A stretch of 64,000 nucleotides of DNA from an uncultured Chloroflexia bacterium (GTDB lineage: Bacteria; Chloroflexota; Anaerolineae; B4-G1; SLSP01). The position numbers and the translations under genes were made by a program. This document shows positions 19,096 to 31,445 of the stretch, one piece after another. Every line of letters starts with the position of its first letter. The stretch's first letter is position 1. The notes beneath the pieces are model-generated. The model ran no database searches, was not told where the DNA came from, and saw nothing but the letters and a program-made list of their open reading frames with translations. The DNA lies in assembly GCA_963751345.1 (NCBI GenBank), contig CAVVUS010000018.1:1-64000 (forward strand). The letters run 5' to 3'.

Positions 19096-20703
19096 ATGAG
19101 CTCAATCCGGCTGAATAACGTCCACAAGTCCTATGACGAGACGCCCGTGCTGCGTGAAGTCTACTTCCGGCTGAGCGAGGGGGACCGCGTAGGGCTGATC
19201 GGCAAGAACGGCGCCGGCAAAACGACGGTGCTCAAGCTGATCCTGGGACTGGAGCCTCCGACCGAGGGCACCGTCGAGGTCGACGATGGCGTGAAGATCG
19301 GGTATTTCTCGCAGTTCTCCCAGCTCGATGGCACGCGGAGCATCGTGGAGGTGCTGGACGAGGTCTTTGTCGAAATCCACGCGCTGGAAGAGACGATGTT
19401 GGAGGTGGAGATCGCGTTCGAGGGTAACCCGCAGGGCGCGGCGCTGGACCGCTTGGTGGCGCGCCAGGCCGAGATCCTCGAGGCGATGGAGCGCCGCGGC
19501 GCGTGGACCTACGAGTATAAGATCGACACGGCCCTGAGCCGGCTGGGGTTCAATGAGGCACATCGCACCTGTGCCATCGGCGAGCTCTCCGGCGGATGGC
19601 GAAATCGCGCTGCCCTGGCCAAGATCCTGCTGGAAGCGCCGGACGTTCTGCTCATGGACGAGCCCACCAATTTCCTCGATGTGGAGGGGCTGGCGTGGTT
19701 GGAATCCTGGTTCAACGACTTCCCCGGTGCCCTGATCTTCGTCTCCCATGACCGGCAGTTTCTGGACCGGGTCGCCAACCGGATCGTGGAGATTGAAAGC
19801 TATCACTTCCAGGAGTACACCGGGAACTACCGTGACTACGTGCGCGAGAAGCCGATGCGCATAAAGTCGCTGGAGCGTCAATATGAGCACGAGGCGGAGC
19901 TGCTGATCTACGAGGCAGAGGCTATCGCCGACCGCGAGACGGCGCGGCGGAATCCAAGTCGCGCGCTTCAGCGCAAGCTCGCCAACGTCAAGAAACAAGC
20001 GGAGCCGCGCCCCATTGACAAGATCATCACCGCGATCTACGATCGGCTCTACGTGCCCAACGATGTCCTCCACGCCGAGCGACTTTCGAAGGCCTATGGC
20101 GAGCAGCAGCTTTTTCAGGACCTCTCCTTTGACGTGCATCGTGGCGACCGTGTCGCGATTCTCGGGCCGAACGGTTGCGGGAAGACCACGCTGCTCAGGA
20201 CGTTGAGTGAGACAGAGCCGCCGGACGCCGGGCGGGTCACCTGGGGCAAAGGCGTGGGCTACGCGTACTACAACCAGATCTTCGACGAGCTCGATCTCAG
20301 CGACACGGTCAGTCACGCCGTGAACGTCATTGGGCTGGCCAATCGTGCGCCGCGGAAGCAGGTCAACCGGTTTCTCTCACTGATGCAGTTCTCCGAGATG
20401 GACTTGACTCAGCGGATCGGCACCCTTTCCGGGGGGCAGCGTGCCCGTGTGGCGCTGGCAAAGTGCCTGCTCTCCGGGGCCGCCTTGGTGATGTTGGACG
20501 AGCCGACCAACCACCTCGACATGACGAGCACGCAGGTGATGGAACGCGCGCTGGCGAATTTCCCGGGCGCCGTGATCGTCGTGAGCCACGACCGGTTCTT
20601 TATCGACAAGATCGCGACCAAGCTCCTTGTCTTCGAGGCGCCTGGCGAGGTCTGCGAGGTTAACGGTAACTGGACGATCTGGCAGGCAAGTAAGACGTTG
20701 TAG
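19096..20703 (+). CDS. ABC-F family ATP-binding protein
   Basis: Two ABC domains (GKNGAGKT/LSGGW/DEPTN and GPNGCGKT/LSGGQ/DEPTNHLD), VSHDR, no TM. Confidence 0.93.
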   Translation: MSSIRLNNVHKSYDETPVLREVYFRLSEGDRVGLIGKNGAGKTTVLKLILGLEPPTEGTVEVDDGVKIGYFSQFSQLDGTRSIVEVLDEVFVEIHALEETMLEVEIAFEGNPQGAALDRLVARQAEILEAMERRGAWTYEYKIDTALSRLGFNEAHRTCAIGELSGGWRNRAALAKILLEAPDVLLMDEPTNFLDVEGLAWLESWFNDFPGALIFVSHDRQFLDRVANRIVEIESYHFQEYTGNYRDYVREKPMRIKSLERQYEHEAELLIYEAEAIADRETARRNPSRALQRKLANVKKQAEPRPIDKIITAIYDRLYVPNDVLHAERLSKAYGEQQLFQDLSFDVHRGDRVAILGPNGCGKTTLLRTLSETEPPDAGRVTWGKGVGYAYYNQIFDELDLSDTVSHAVNVIGLANRAPRKQVNRFLSLMQFSEMDLTQRIGTLSGGQRARVALAKCLLSGAALVMLDEPTNHLDMTSTQVMERALANFPGAVIVVSHDRFFIDKIATKLLVFEAPGEVCEVNGNWTIWQASKTL

Positions 20704-20829
20704 CGCCTCTACTGAAGGGATCTGTGCCTTGCAGGGGAAGATTCTTCGCCTTCGGCGCAGAATGACACTTGCGGCATCCAGGCTAACCGACGCATCGCTT
20801 TTTGCATAACAAATGGAGAGGGGATACCT

Positions 20830-21630
20830 GTGAAAAACGACATCTACGCAGACTTTCACGTCCACACGTGCTACTCGCCCTGTGGCCACAAGGAGGCGAC
20901 CTTGGCGGCGATGATCGGGCGTGCGCGCGAGAAGGGATTGGCGGCGCTCGGCTTTGCCGATCACGTCACGCCGACACCCATTCCCGGGTGCGGTTTCTAC
21001 GACGGACAGCAGCCCGACGTCCTGCGCCGGCAGCGTGCTGCACTGGCTGCGATGGCCCTCCCCTCCGACCCGGAGATTCTGGTGGGTGTGGAGGCTGATT
21101 ACACGCTGGCCGGCACTGACTGCGCCAACGCGGAGATTCTCAGCCTGGTCGACCACGTTATCTGTTCGGCCAGTCACTTTCATCTGCCCGCGGCGCCAAG
21201 ACCGTCCGCAGATACGCCGCGGGCCAGGGCTGAGCTAATGGTGCGGATGGCGCGTGAGATGCTGAGGGTGCCCGGCGTCACGGTCTGGGCGCATCCCTTT
21301 GACTGCGGTGCGATGCAGCCCCTGGCGCCGATTATGGCCGAGATCAAGGTCCAGACACAGGCGGAGTTGATCGCTTTGGCGAACACACAGGACGTTGCCG
21401 TGGAGATCAACGGGGGCGCCGGGCAGGATCCCGCCTACCGGGAGGCCACCGAGGCGTTTTTCAGGCTCGCCCGCGAGATGGGCGCGCGCTTCACGTTGAC
21501 GGCAGATGCGCATCACCCTGACGACTTTGCCAGGTTGGACCTCGCGTTGGATTGGGCGCGCAGCATGGGCTTCCGCGATGAGAATTTCCTGACAGCGAGT
21601 GAGATCCGACGGCAAAGGCATTTGCTCTAG
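20830..21630 (+). CDS. PHP-domain phosphoesterase
   Basis: DFHVHT, GFADH, GVEAD, WAHP, VEIN, ADAHHP. Confidence 0.88.
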   Translation: MKNDIYADFHVHTCYSPCGHKEATLAAMIGRAREKGLAALGFADHVTPTPIPGCGFYDGQQPDVLRRQRAALAAMALPSDPEILVGVEADYTLAGTDCANAEILSLVDHVICSASHFHLPAAPRPSADTPRARAELMVRMAREMLRVPGVTVWAHPFDCGAMQPLAPIMAEIKVQTQAELIALANTQDVAVEINGGAGQDPAYREATEAFFRLAREMGARFTLTADAHHPDDFARLDLALDWARSMGFRDENFLTASEIRRQRHLL

Positions 21631-21679
21631 TCGCGTCCGCTGTTCTCCCTTGAGGGGTGGTCGCAGAAGGGGGGTATTC

Positions 21680-22672
21680 ATGCTTGAGCGACCGAATATG
21701 GCGTGGTTCCGCGAGGCCAGGTGGGGTGTTTTCATGCACTTCCTCGCATCCTCAGGTCCCGATGCCGGTGTGGATACTGACCCTATCGATGACTGGAATC
21801 GGAAGATCAACGAATTCGACGTCGACGGTCTGGCCGACCAACTAGCCGACGTTGGGGCCGGCTACTTTTTCATCACGCTCGGCCAGAACTCGGGCTTCTA
21901 TCTTTCGCCCAACGCAGCTTACGACGCCTTGGTGGGGCGCCGGCCCAGCCGCTGTTCCGAGCGCGATCTTGTCGCGGACCTGGCAGCGGCCCTCGAATCG
22001 CGAGGGATTCGACTGATGGTCTACCTGCCCAGCCACGCGCCCGCGGACGACCGTGTTGCCGTGGAGGCACTGAAGTGCACGCCTGACTGGGACGCCTCCA
22101 AATGGCAGCTCCGCCCGGGTCGCTATCTGCGAACGTCGGAGACCGACCAGCGGCTCTCGGCGTTCCAGCGGAACTGGGAGTCCGTGATCCGCGAATGGTC
22201 CGTGCGGTGGGGAAGCCACGTCTCCGGGTGGTGGTTCGATGGCTGTTACTTCTCTGAGCGGATGTACGTGCACGACGATGCGCCCAATTTCCACAGCTTC
22301 CGGGCAGCGGCGAAGGCGGGCAACTCCGAGAGCTTGGTAGCCTTCAATCCCGGGGTGCGAGAAGCCTTCGACGTCAATACGGCCTACGAGGACTATACGT
22401 CCGGCGAAGTTGCTGACATGCTGCCGGTCACCGTGAACGCAGCCTGGCAGGCCCACACGTTAGGTCAGGACGGCGAGGGGGCGCAGTTCCACGTACTCAC
22501 CTTCATGGGCCGGTATTGGGGGCAGAGCCCCCCTCGATTTCCCGACGCGCTGGTGGTTGGCTACACAGCCTACGTGAGCCAGCATGGGGGCGTGATCACC
22601 TGGGATGTGCCCCACACGTCTGAGGGTCGCATCCCACCGGATTTCGTCCGGCAGTTGTCATCGTTGAGGTAG
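21680..22672 (+). CDS. Alpha-L-fucosidase-like glycoside hydrolase (GH29-like)
   Basis: WFREARWGVFMHF, RDLVADLAAA..RGIRLMVY, GWWFDG nucleophile motif. Confidence 0.75.
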   Translation: MLERPNMAWFREARWGVFMHFLASSGPDAGVDTDPIDDWNRKINEFDVDGLADQLADVGAGYFFITLGQNSGFYLSPNAAYDALVGRRPSRCSERDLVADLAAALESRGIRLMVYLPSHAPADDRVAVEALKCTPDWDASKWQLRPGRYLRTSETDQRLSAFQRNWESVIREWSVRWGSHVSGWWFDGCYFSERMYVHDDAPNFHSFRAAAKAGNSESLVAFNPGVREAFDVNTAYEDYTSGEVADMLPVTVNAAWQAHTLGQDGEGAQFHVLTFMGRYWGQSPPRFPDALVVGYTAYVSQHGGVITWDVPHTSEGRIPPDFVRQLSSLR

Positions 22673-22749
22673 GCGCTCGAAATCATCTGGCCTGGTGTTG
22701 ATGGAACATATGTGCTATTATGAAGGGGTAGTTTCCGAAACGTGGAGGT

Positions 22750-25700
22750 GTGAGGGTGTCCGACCAAGACCTGGCTGAGCTCTTCGAGCCCTATGTCTGG
22801 GCCTGGTTCTCGTCCACCTTCGAGCGTCCCACGCCGCCCCAGATCGAAAGCTGGCCCAGGATCGCCGAGGGCAACAACACCCTCATCTTCTCTCCCACCG
22901 GGTCCGGCAAGACGCTGGCTGCCTTCCTGTGGTGCCTCAACGAGCTCTACCGCGAGGGGGGCGACCACGGCCTGGAGGACACCATCTACGTCCTGTACGT
23001 CTCGCCGCTCAAGGCGCTCAACAACGACATTCAGAAGAACCTACTTCGTCCGTTGGCGGGCATTCCGGCGGCTGCCGCCGAGATGGGCTATGAGGTCCCC
23101 GAGGTCCGGTCCGCCGTCCGCACGGGGGACACCACCCAGCGCCAGCGCTCGTCGATGGCGCGGCGTCCTCCGCACGTCCTCATCACCACACCGGAGTCAC
23201 TCTTTATCATCCTGGCGACGGAGAAGTTCCGTGAGGCCCTGCGTAGCGTCCGGTACGTCATCGTCGACGAGATCCACGCGATGTCGGACAACAAGCGCGG
23301 CGTGCACCTCTCGCTCTCGTTGGAGCGGCTGGAACACCTTGTCAGGACGCCACCAAATGGCGGTGAGCCGGAGGGACGAACACCGATCGGCCCAGGCGGC
23401 TTTGTGAGGATCGGCCTCTCGGCGACGCAGAATCCGCTGGACGAGATTGCGCGGTTTCTCGTCGGCACTGAGGATGACGGCAATCAGCGCTCCTGTGAGA
23501 TCGTGGACGTCGGTGGGCGCAAGGACCTCGATATCCGCGTGGTTTCCCCGGTGGACAATCTGCTGGAAGCGCACTTTGATGCTATCTGGGGTTCTGCCTA
23601 CGATGCGATGCTTCGCATGGTCCGGGAGCACAAGACCACACTGATCTTCACCAACAGCCGCTATAAGACCGAGCGGACGGCACTTCGCTTGCGCGAGCTT
23701 GCCGCTGACACGCAGCGAGGCGAGGACGGTCGCGTTCGGGTCGGTTCTCACCACGGCAGTATGGCCAAGCGCGTGCGCCTCAGTATGGAGAACCGGCTCA
23801 AGCAGGGCGATCTGGACGCGCTCGTGGCCACGTCGTCTCTGGAGTTGGGGATCGACGTGGGCAGCATCGACCTCGTCTGTCAGGTGCAGTCGCCCAAGTC
23901 GGTCTCCAGCGGGATGCAGCGCATCGGGCGCTCCGGACACCTGCTCGATGCGACCAGCAAAGGCCGCCTCCTGGTCACCGACCGCGACGACCTGGTGGAG
24001 TCGGCAGTATTGGTCCGCGCGATCCTCGACGGCGAACCTCGACGAGACGCGGGTCCCGCGCAACTGTCTGGACGTGCTGGCCCAGCAGGTCGTTGGAGCT
24101 GTTGCGGCAGATCCCTGGGACGCGGACGCGCTCTTCTACCTCTGTCGGCGAGCGTACCCGTTTCGGGCCCTGGACCGTGCCGACTACGATCGGGTGCTCG
24201 GGATGCTTTCGGGCGATATCCGTTTGGAGATGGATTACGCGCCCTATCCCAAGATCACGTGGGACAAGGTAAATGGCGTGCTCTATCCGGAGCCCAGTGC
24301 GCGGATGATAGCGTTCCGGTCGGGTGGCACCATCCCGGACATCTCGGAGTACGATGTCTACTTCGAGGCGCGCAAGACTGTCGTAGGCCGTCTGGGCGAA
24401 GCCTTTGTTGAGGAGCTACACGGCGGCGACGTCTTCATCCTGGGCAATGCTTCGTGGCGCGTCGTCCGAATACACCGGAACCGTGTCATCGTCGAGGACG
24501 TCTATGGACTGGCGCCCACAATTCCGTTCTGGTTCGGAGATCGACCGTCGCGCACCTTTGAGTTGGGGCTAATGGTAGGGGCATTTCGCCGTGAGATCGC
24601 CGAGATGATGGCGCAGGCGGATGCGCCGGACGAGGCGATTGTGGATCACCTGCAGATTCGCTATCACACAAATAAGAATGGCGCACGCGCCATCCGCGAG
24701 TATTTCACCGAACAGCGGTTTGTGACGGGTGAGATTCCGTCGGATCGCTGCCTCCTTGTCGAGCACTTCCGGGACGAACTGGGGCAGTTGCAGGTAGTCA
24801 TTCATACTCCCTTCGGGATCAGGGTGCATGATCCCTGGGCGATGGCTCTGGCCCAGGCCTTTGATGAGCGCTATGGCGCGCGACCGGTGACCGCGACGGT
24901 CGATGACGGTATGCTGCTCTCTTTTTCCAAGGATGCCGAGGAGGCGATAGGTCACGTGCCTGTCGACGAGGTCGTTGGCATGGTGACACCGGATAGCCTG
25001 GATGGTCTGTTGGTACGTGCCCTGCGCGATTCACCCATCTTCAAGTCTCGCTTCCGGCACAATGCTGTCCGGTCGCTGATGGTCCTTCGCGAGTACAAGG
25101 GGCGGCGTACCCCGGTGTGGATGCAAGGGCTCCGGTCTTCAGGACTCCTGGAAGCGTGCCAAGAGCTGGAGGACTATCCTCTGATCAAGGAGACTTTGCG
25201 TGAGTGCACTCACGAAGCGCTGGACGTCCCCAACTTACGGCGGGTGCTCGAGGCCCTGTCCCAGGGCGAGATCGAGACGAACGTCCTCAAGACGCGGATC
25301 CCCTCGCCCTTCACGCACTCGCTTTTGCTTCTGGGGCAGTACGGTGAGCTTGGGTCGATTCCCACAGAGGAGCGGCGCGGTCGCCTGATGCACCTGCACC
25401 GCGAGCTGCTGCGGCAGATTCTGGATGAGGAGACGCTGCGCCATCTGCTCAACGAAGATGTCGTGAAGGAGGTTGAGGAACGGCTGCAGTGGCGAGGCGT
25501 GCGCAGAGCCCGTAGCCTCAACGAACTGGCCCGGCTGCTTGGGGATCTGGGGGATCTAGTCCTCGCCTCGGATCAGGAATTGTCATTGGGCGATCGCGTC
25601 AGTGGCGCCCCGATGGGATTGCTGGACGAGCTGATCGAACAGCGTCGTGCTGTTCTGGTCCCTATCCCCACCGCCGAGACACATAGCGACCGCTGGATCG

Positions 25701-28046
25701 CTACCGAGGCCTATCCATTGTACCGGGCCGCTTTCGAGGTCGTCTCTTCTGCTGACCCTGAAGATGAGGCGCTGCTGCGGATGCTGCGTGAGAACGGTCC
25801 GTTGACATTGTCGGACTTGCCCCTGGACGGGGACGGCGAGGTGCGCCTGGGACGGCTTGTGCGCGCGTACGAGGTCCTGCGCGTCGTTCGAGACTGGCGC
25901 CCGGCCTACGTTGCCGCCGACCGCTGGCTTCCTCGCCATATCCACGATCAGGTTATGACACGCCAGGCGGCCCGGCTGGAGCTCGTGCGCAAGTTCGCGC
26001 GAGCTCACGGGCCGTTCACGAAGTACGAGGTGATGGAGCGTTATGGCTTTACCGGCGACTGGGTTGAGGAGGCCCTCGTTACGCTTCGTGATGAGGACTT
26101 TCTGGTCCGGGGTGAGTACGTCGCGACGAAGTCCTTCCCCCAGTGGTGCTATCGTCCCAACCTGGAGGAGATTCACCGGCTAACGCTGCAGCGGCTGCGC
26201 AAGGAGATGGAGCCCGCCTCGCCTGAAGCCTACGCCGACTTCCTCGTGCGCTGGCAGCACCTGCACCCCGAGACCCGACTCGAGGGCCTGGAGGGGCTGC
26301 GAGCCGTGATTGCGCAGCTTCAGGGCCAGGACAACTACCAGATTGTTTATGAGCGTGACGTCTTCCACGGACGGATCAAGGATTACGATCCGGCGATGCT
26401 CGATCAGCTCTGCCAGACCGGAGAGGTGGTCTGGCGGCGGTTTGGCTACACGCCCTGGAGTGTCAAACGGGGCCAGATCGGATTCTGTTTCCGTCGGGAT
26501 CAGTCCTGGGTGACCGCCGATCCCAATCAAGTGGAGATGGATTTCCGGCAGTGGGATGACGATATCCCGGAGGAGTGCGATGCGGTGCGCGGCTATCTCG
26601 TTGGCCATGGTGCCTCCTACTTCGACGATATTGTCGCCGGCACCAAGCTGGATTGGCGTCTGGTGCTGCGCGCCACATGGCACCTTGTCTGGACCGGGGA
26701 GGCCACCAATGATAGCTACGAATCCATTCGCTATGCTGACGTGGCGAGTGGTCTGTCAGGCTGTTATGATCTGGCGACGCGCCCGACCAAGAAGGGGGTT
26801 ACCCTCGACTTCATCGTACGCCACATGCTCGAGAACAAGCGGCTCGATCCTCGGCTGGGGCGTTGGGCGCCGACCGAACGCTTGATCCCGCCCGCAGCAA
26901 AGCCTGCGGGTTCGCCTGCCCCTGATGCCATCGATCCTGAGGAGGCGACGGCCCAATTGGCCGATCTGCTTCTGCACCGCCATGGATTCATCACCAGGGA
27001 GACGGTGAAGCTCAAGCTGGAGCGTAATGATCTCTCCTGGCGTGATCTACGCCGGGCCCTGGTCAAGAGAGAGCTGCTCGGAACGGTGCGTCGTGGTTAC
27101 TTCGTCGAGGGCCTATCGGGCGAACAGTACGCATTGCCGGAGGCTGTCACAGCACTGCAGCAGGCCAAGCTGCGGCAGCTGGATCGGCTTGAGAACGGCG
27201 GTGATCCAACCGACGTCAGCGCCAAAGACGGCTTGGTCCTGATCAACCTGTACGATCCGGCGAACCCCTATGGCCCGCTTTTCCCGATCACCGATGAGGT
27301 GGGCAACGAGATCAAGCAGATGAGCACACCCACAAAATACTTGATCCTGCGTGACGGACAGCCCCTCGTCCTCTACGATGGCCGGGTCACGATCCTCGGA
27401 GATGTGACCCGAGAGCTCACCATCGCTGCGCTGCGGCTGCTGATGGACCTCGTAGATCATCCTGCTGTGACCGACAGCCGGCGTGACATCCAGGTGGGCC
27501 AGTGGAATTTCCATCCCATCGCTGCAAGCCCTGGGCGTCACCTGCTGACGACGTTGGGGTTTGTGCCCACCGCCAACCGATGGCGGGGCTACATTTACAA
27601 TGGCGTGGACCGGCCTGAGCCCGAAGCGGTCGTCGCCGCCCAAGCGGAGTTGCTGGACGTCTATGAGCGCGTGGGAAAGGAGGCAGCCCCCATCGTCTAT
27701 GATGCCGCGTGGGTCATCTCGCAGTCGCACGAGACGATCCGGCCCAAGGTTGAGGAGTTGATCGACTGGCTGCGGGCTCGGGTGCCGCCTGAGTGCGAGT
27801 TCATCTACCGGCCCCGCTACTTCAAGGATTTCCAGATACTCTACCGTGGAATGCGTTGTATCAACCCATACGTCCAGACCAAGCAGATTCGTCTTCAGAT
27901 CGCGCACAAGGGATGGACCCCGGGTATCGTCATCGGACCCGATACGGACCTGGACGATGAGGCCTTTACGAACGGAATTCAAGGCGCAGTTCGTGCGAAC
28001 GTGTACGCAGATTGATGCACTACTGGATGGAGATGGGAAGGCATAG
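22750..28046 (+). CDS. lhr: Lhr-family SF2 helicase, extended form (~1760 aa), frameshifts near 24038 and probably 27970
   Basis: SPTGSGKT, YVSPLKALNNDI, TTPESL, DEIH, GLSAT, ATSSLELGID, QRIGRSGH; second frame LDVLAQQ, SGGTIPD, SPF..SLL, RRGYFVEGLSGEQYALP, DPANPYG. Confidence 0.92.
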
Positions 28047-28068
28047 GGAAAAAGGGAAGGAGACGTCA

Positions 28069-29235
28069 ATGCACAATGACCTGACAGGATTACTGATCAC
28101 CGACATCACAGCCGTGGAGGCACGCGGGGTGCCGTTCAGCGTCGGTTTGGTGCCGCCTTGGAACCCCAAGGACCGTATCACGACGCGGGACTATATCGTC
28201 GTGCGGGTGGAGACAAACGAAGGTATCGTCGGGATCTCGCTGGACGGTGACTACACGCCCAGCCTGCCGGCGTCGGCAACTTTCATCGAGAAGGAGATCG
28301 CGCCACACTTCGTGGGCAAGCCCCTTCTGGACATGGAGGCACATACCGAGTTCCTGCACAGCATGCGACCTCAAGGGCGTTTCTTCTTCATCGCCATCGC
28401 ACTGTGGGACATCATCGGCAAAGCCGTGGGCGCTCCGCTCTACCGGCTGTGGGGCAACGGACGCGACCGGGTGCGAGTCTATGCCAGCACCGTCCAGCAC
28501 GGGCGGTCGCCGGAGGAGCGAGCGGAGGATTGCCTGCGCTATCTCGATCAGGGTTACCGGGGTGTCAAGCTGCGCCTTTCGGCGGACACTGTGGCGGAGG
28601 ATATGGCGCTGGTAACCGCGTGTCGCGAGGCAGTTGGCGGTCGTATGGACATCATGGTCGATGCCAACCAGGCGGGTAAAGGTCCGGGCTCCAACGCGCC
28701 CGGCGTCCACTGGGACCTGGCAAGGGCTCAGGAGACGGCCCGACTGCTGGGCGAACTCGACGTTGCCTACCTGGAGGAACCGCTACCCTACGTGCTGGAG
28801 GATGATGGGCTGCGGCTGCGCGAGACCTCGCCGGTTCCGATCGCCGGCGGCGAGGGGAAGTGCGGCATCCGGCCTTTCTCGCACTTGCTCCAACGGGGCA
28901 TCTACGATGTCCTACAGCCCGATCCGATTACGGGCGGGACGCCGACCGATATGCTCAAGATCAGGGCGATGGCTGAGGGCGCGGACACACCGGTGGTCTA
29001 TCACCATGGCAAAAGCGGGCTGGGGTTTATGATCGGCCTGCATCTGGCGACTGCCTTCGGGGACTCGCCTTGGCTCGAGTACATGGATGACGGACCATTC
29101 TGGCAGCCTGCAGGGTTCCAGGTGGGGTTCAAGGAGGTCGTCCCGATCGAAGAAGATGGGTGTGTCCTCTGTCCCCGCGCGCCGGGATTGGGCATCGAAT
29201 GGGATGAGGACTGGCTGCAGTCGATTGGGCTCTGA
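28069..29235 (+). CDS. Mandelate racemase/muconate lactonizing enzyme (enolase superfamily)
   Basis: IALWDIIGKAVGAPLYRLWG, KLR, MVDANQ, LEEP, IAGGE, LQPD. Confidence 0.9.
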   Translation: MHNDLTGLLITDITAVEARGVPFSVGLVPPWNPKDRITTRDYIVVRVETNEGIVGISLDGDYTPSLPASATFIEKEIAPHFVGKPLLDMEAHTEFLHSMRPQGRFFFIAIALWDIIGKAVGAPLYRLWGNGRDRVRVYASTVQHGRSPEERAEDCLRYLDQGYRGVKLRLSADTVAEDMALVTACREAVGGRMDIMVDANQAGKGPGSNAPGVHWDLARAQETARLLGELDVAYLEEPLPYVLEDDGLRLRETSPVPIAGGEGKCGIRPFSHLLQRGIYDVLQPDPITGGTPTDMLKIRAMAEGADTPVVYHHGKSGLGFMIGLHLATAFGDSPWLEYMDDGPFWQPAGFQVGFKEVVPIEEDGCVLCPRAPGLGIEWDEDWLQSIGL

Positions 29236-29253
29236 TATGTGGGAGAGGTGACG

Positions 29254-30091
29254 ATGGCTGATACCAAGGCTGACGACTCAAGCCTGTCCGACCTTGCCGC
29301 AGCGCACGCCGAGACACACCAGGCTTGGGAGCGCAACGCAGGCTACTGGGACGACCATATCGGTGAGGGCAATGACTTTGTCAACCACCTGATCTGGCCC
29401 GCGACGGAACGATTGCTGGCGGTGCGTCCCGGCGAGCGGGTGTTGGACGCGGCGTGCGGCAATGGGCTCTATGCCCGACGTCTGGCAGCGCTGGGGGCCG
29501 AGGTCGTGGGGTTCGATTTCTCCGCGGCGCTCATCGAACGGGCCAGGGCGCGTACCGTCGATGATGCGGCCCGTGTGCGATATCAGGTACTGGATGCCAC
29601 CGACGAGGCGGCGCTGTTGACGCTTGGGCGAGCGGGCCTTTGACGCGGCGATCTGCCAGATGGCGCTCTTCGACATCGCCGAGATCCGGCCCTTGATGCG
29701 CGCGCTGGCACGGCTGCTCAAGCCCGGCGGGCGCTTCCTCTTCTCCGTCACGCATCCCTGCTTCAACAACGCCAACGCCGTCCACGTCGGGGAGTTGGAG
29801 GACCGCGAGGGTGAGATGGTGCGTCGCTACGCGGTCAAGGTCTACGGCTATCTGACCCCTACGGTGATGCGTGGTCTGGCGATCGCCGGACAGCCACAAC
29901 CCCAGATTTACTTCGACCGGCCGCTTCACGTGCTCTTCGGCGCCTGTTTTGACGCCGGCTTCGTGCTGGACGGGCTGGAGGAACCGGGGTTCGTCCCCGA
30001 TCATCCGGCGGGACAGGGCGGGCTCTCCTGGGGCGGCAACCTCAGCGAGATCCCACCGGTGCTCGTGGCGCGGATGCGACTCTTGGCCTAA
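29254..30091 (+). CDS. Class I SAM-dependent methyltransferase, frameshift near 29625
   Basis: VLDAACGNG, GFDFS; second frame FDAAIC..LLKPGGRFLFSVTHPCF. Confidence 0.88.
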
Positions 30092-30148
30092 TACCTATGA
30101 TCTCGTGGTTGCGCTGGACGTGTTGCGTTGAGAGAGGAGGCGCAGGAT

Positions 30149-31445
30149 ATGTCATTGAAACGACCTGAGGTCGGCAGCTTTGTGCCGTATGAGTTGGTTC
30201 CGGAAGGGTTTGAGGCGATCTACACCGGCGAGACCGAGCTAGTGGGAGCAGATAGCGTCGGATCTGGATCTCCTCTACTTCACTGATGGCGACGGCAACG
30301 TCGCGATGCGGTACTCGCTGTGGGGGTTCGCTGCGACGACCGAGGACAAGTGGGACGACGAGATCCGTGTCATCAACGCGATGCAGGCCGAGCTGGGCGC
30401 ACTCGACGACGCCACCCGCGAGATCAGGGCGCAGATCGGGAGCCTGGTCGGCTGTGACAACGGTGTGCCGGTCACCATAGACGAGATCCTGATGGCTATT
30501 GGAGCGGGCCAACTGCCCTCACCCGCTTTCCACGCCGGGTGCTGGATGAGCCGCAGCACACGCACGACCCAGCCGGGTCAGGCAGAGAGTATGCGCACGA
30601 TCGAGTCGGTGCTCCGCGGTTACCTGGAGGGACAACCTGCGGAGACCTTCCTGGCGCGGTATCCCTACGCCCAAGGGTTCATCGAGCGCGCGTACGCGTG
30701 GCTTGGGCCGGTTGTGGAGCTCGGCGAGGTGCGACGGCTCATGCTGGAACGGATGCTGTTGCCTTTCGAGTTCTTCGCCAAACACAATCCGGATCGCAAT
30801 GAGGTCTTCCGCGCCTGTTTCGACGAGGGGCAGGCGGGAAAGGCGCTGGATGCGCAGATCTCGGCGCTGGCGGAGATCCCGGAGATCGTACCCAACTATC
30901 GGAAGGAATATCAGGAGCGATTGGGGACGATCGAGGATCCCGCGAAGCGCGCCATCTATACGGTCAGCTGCCACGTGACAGATTGCGTCTCGGAGCTCTC
31001 CGACTGCCATCACTCAACGTTCCGGCGCATCGAGCGCTGGATCCACGGTATCGGTACGCTGACGTGGGATATCCCGACACGTGCCGAACACGTCGAGAGC
31101 CAGCGGCTCGGGCGGCTCTTCTTGGGCTACGCGCTTGGGTTGGATGGGTGGCTGCGCGAGATGCCGATGCAGTTCCTGCTGCTGGATTTGGGCCACGCCG
31201 ATCTTGGATTCGATCCCAAGAACGAGATCCTGCGCGTCTATGCGCATCTCGGAGAGCCCACGCCGGTCAAGCGGTGGCTCGCGGCGTGTCTTTGGTACAA
31301 GTGTGTGCTGGAACCTCCTGCGAGTCTTTACAGGTGGGGATGGCGCCATAAGGATCTGCTGGCGCGGGCCGAGGCGGAGGGTGTCAGCGTGCGGACGTGG
31401 ATGGATCAGCAACTCGCAGCAGGGAGGAAGACGTGCCGACTCTGA
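30149..31445 (+). CDS. Hypothetical protein (~430 aa), frameshift near 30240
   Basis: RBS GAGGAGG, ATG 30149; coding-like ORF continues as 30306..31445; no family recognised. Confidence 0.65.
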
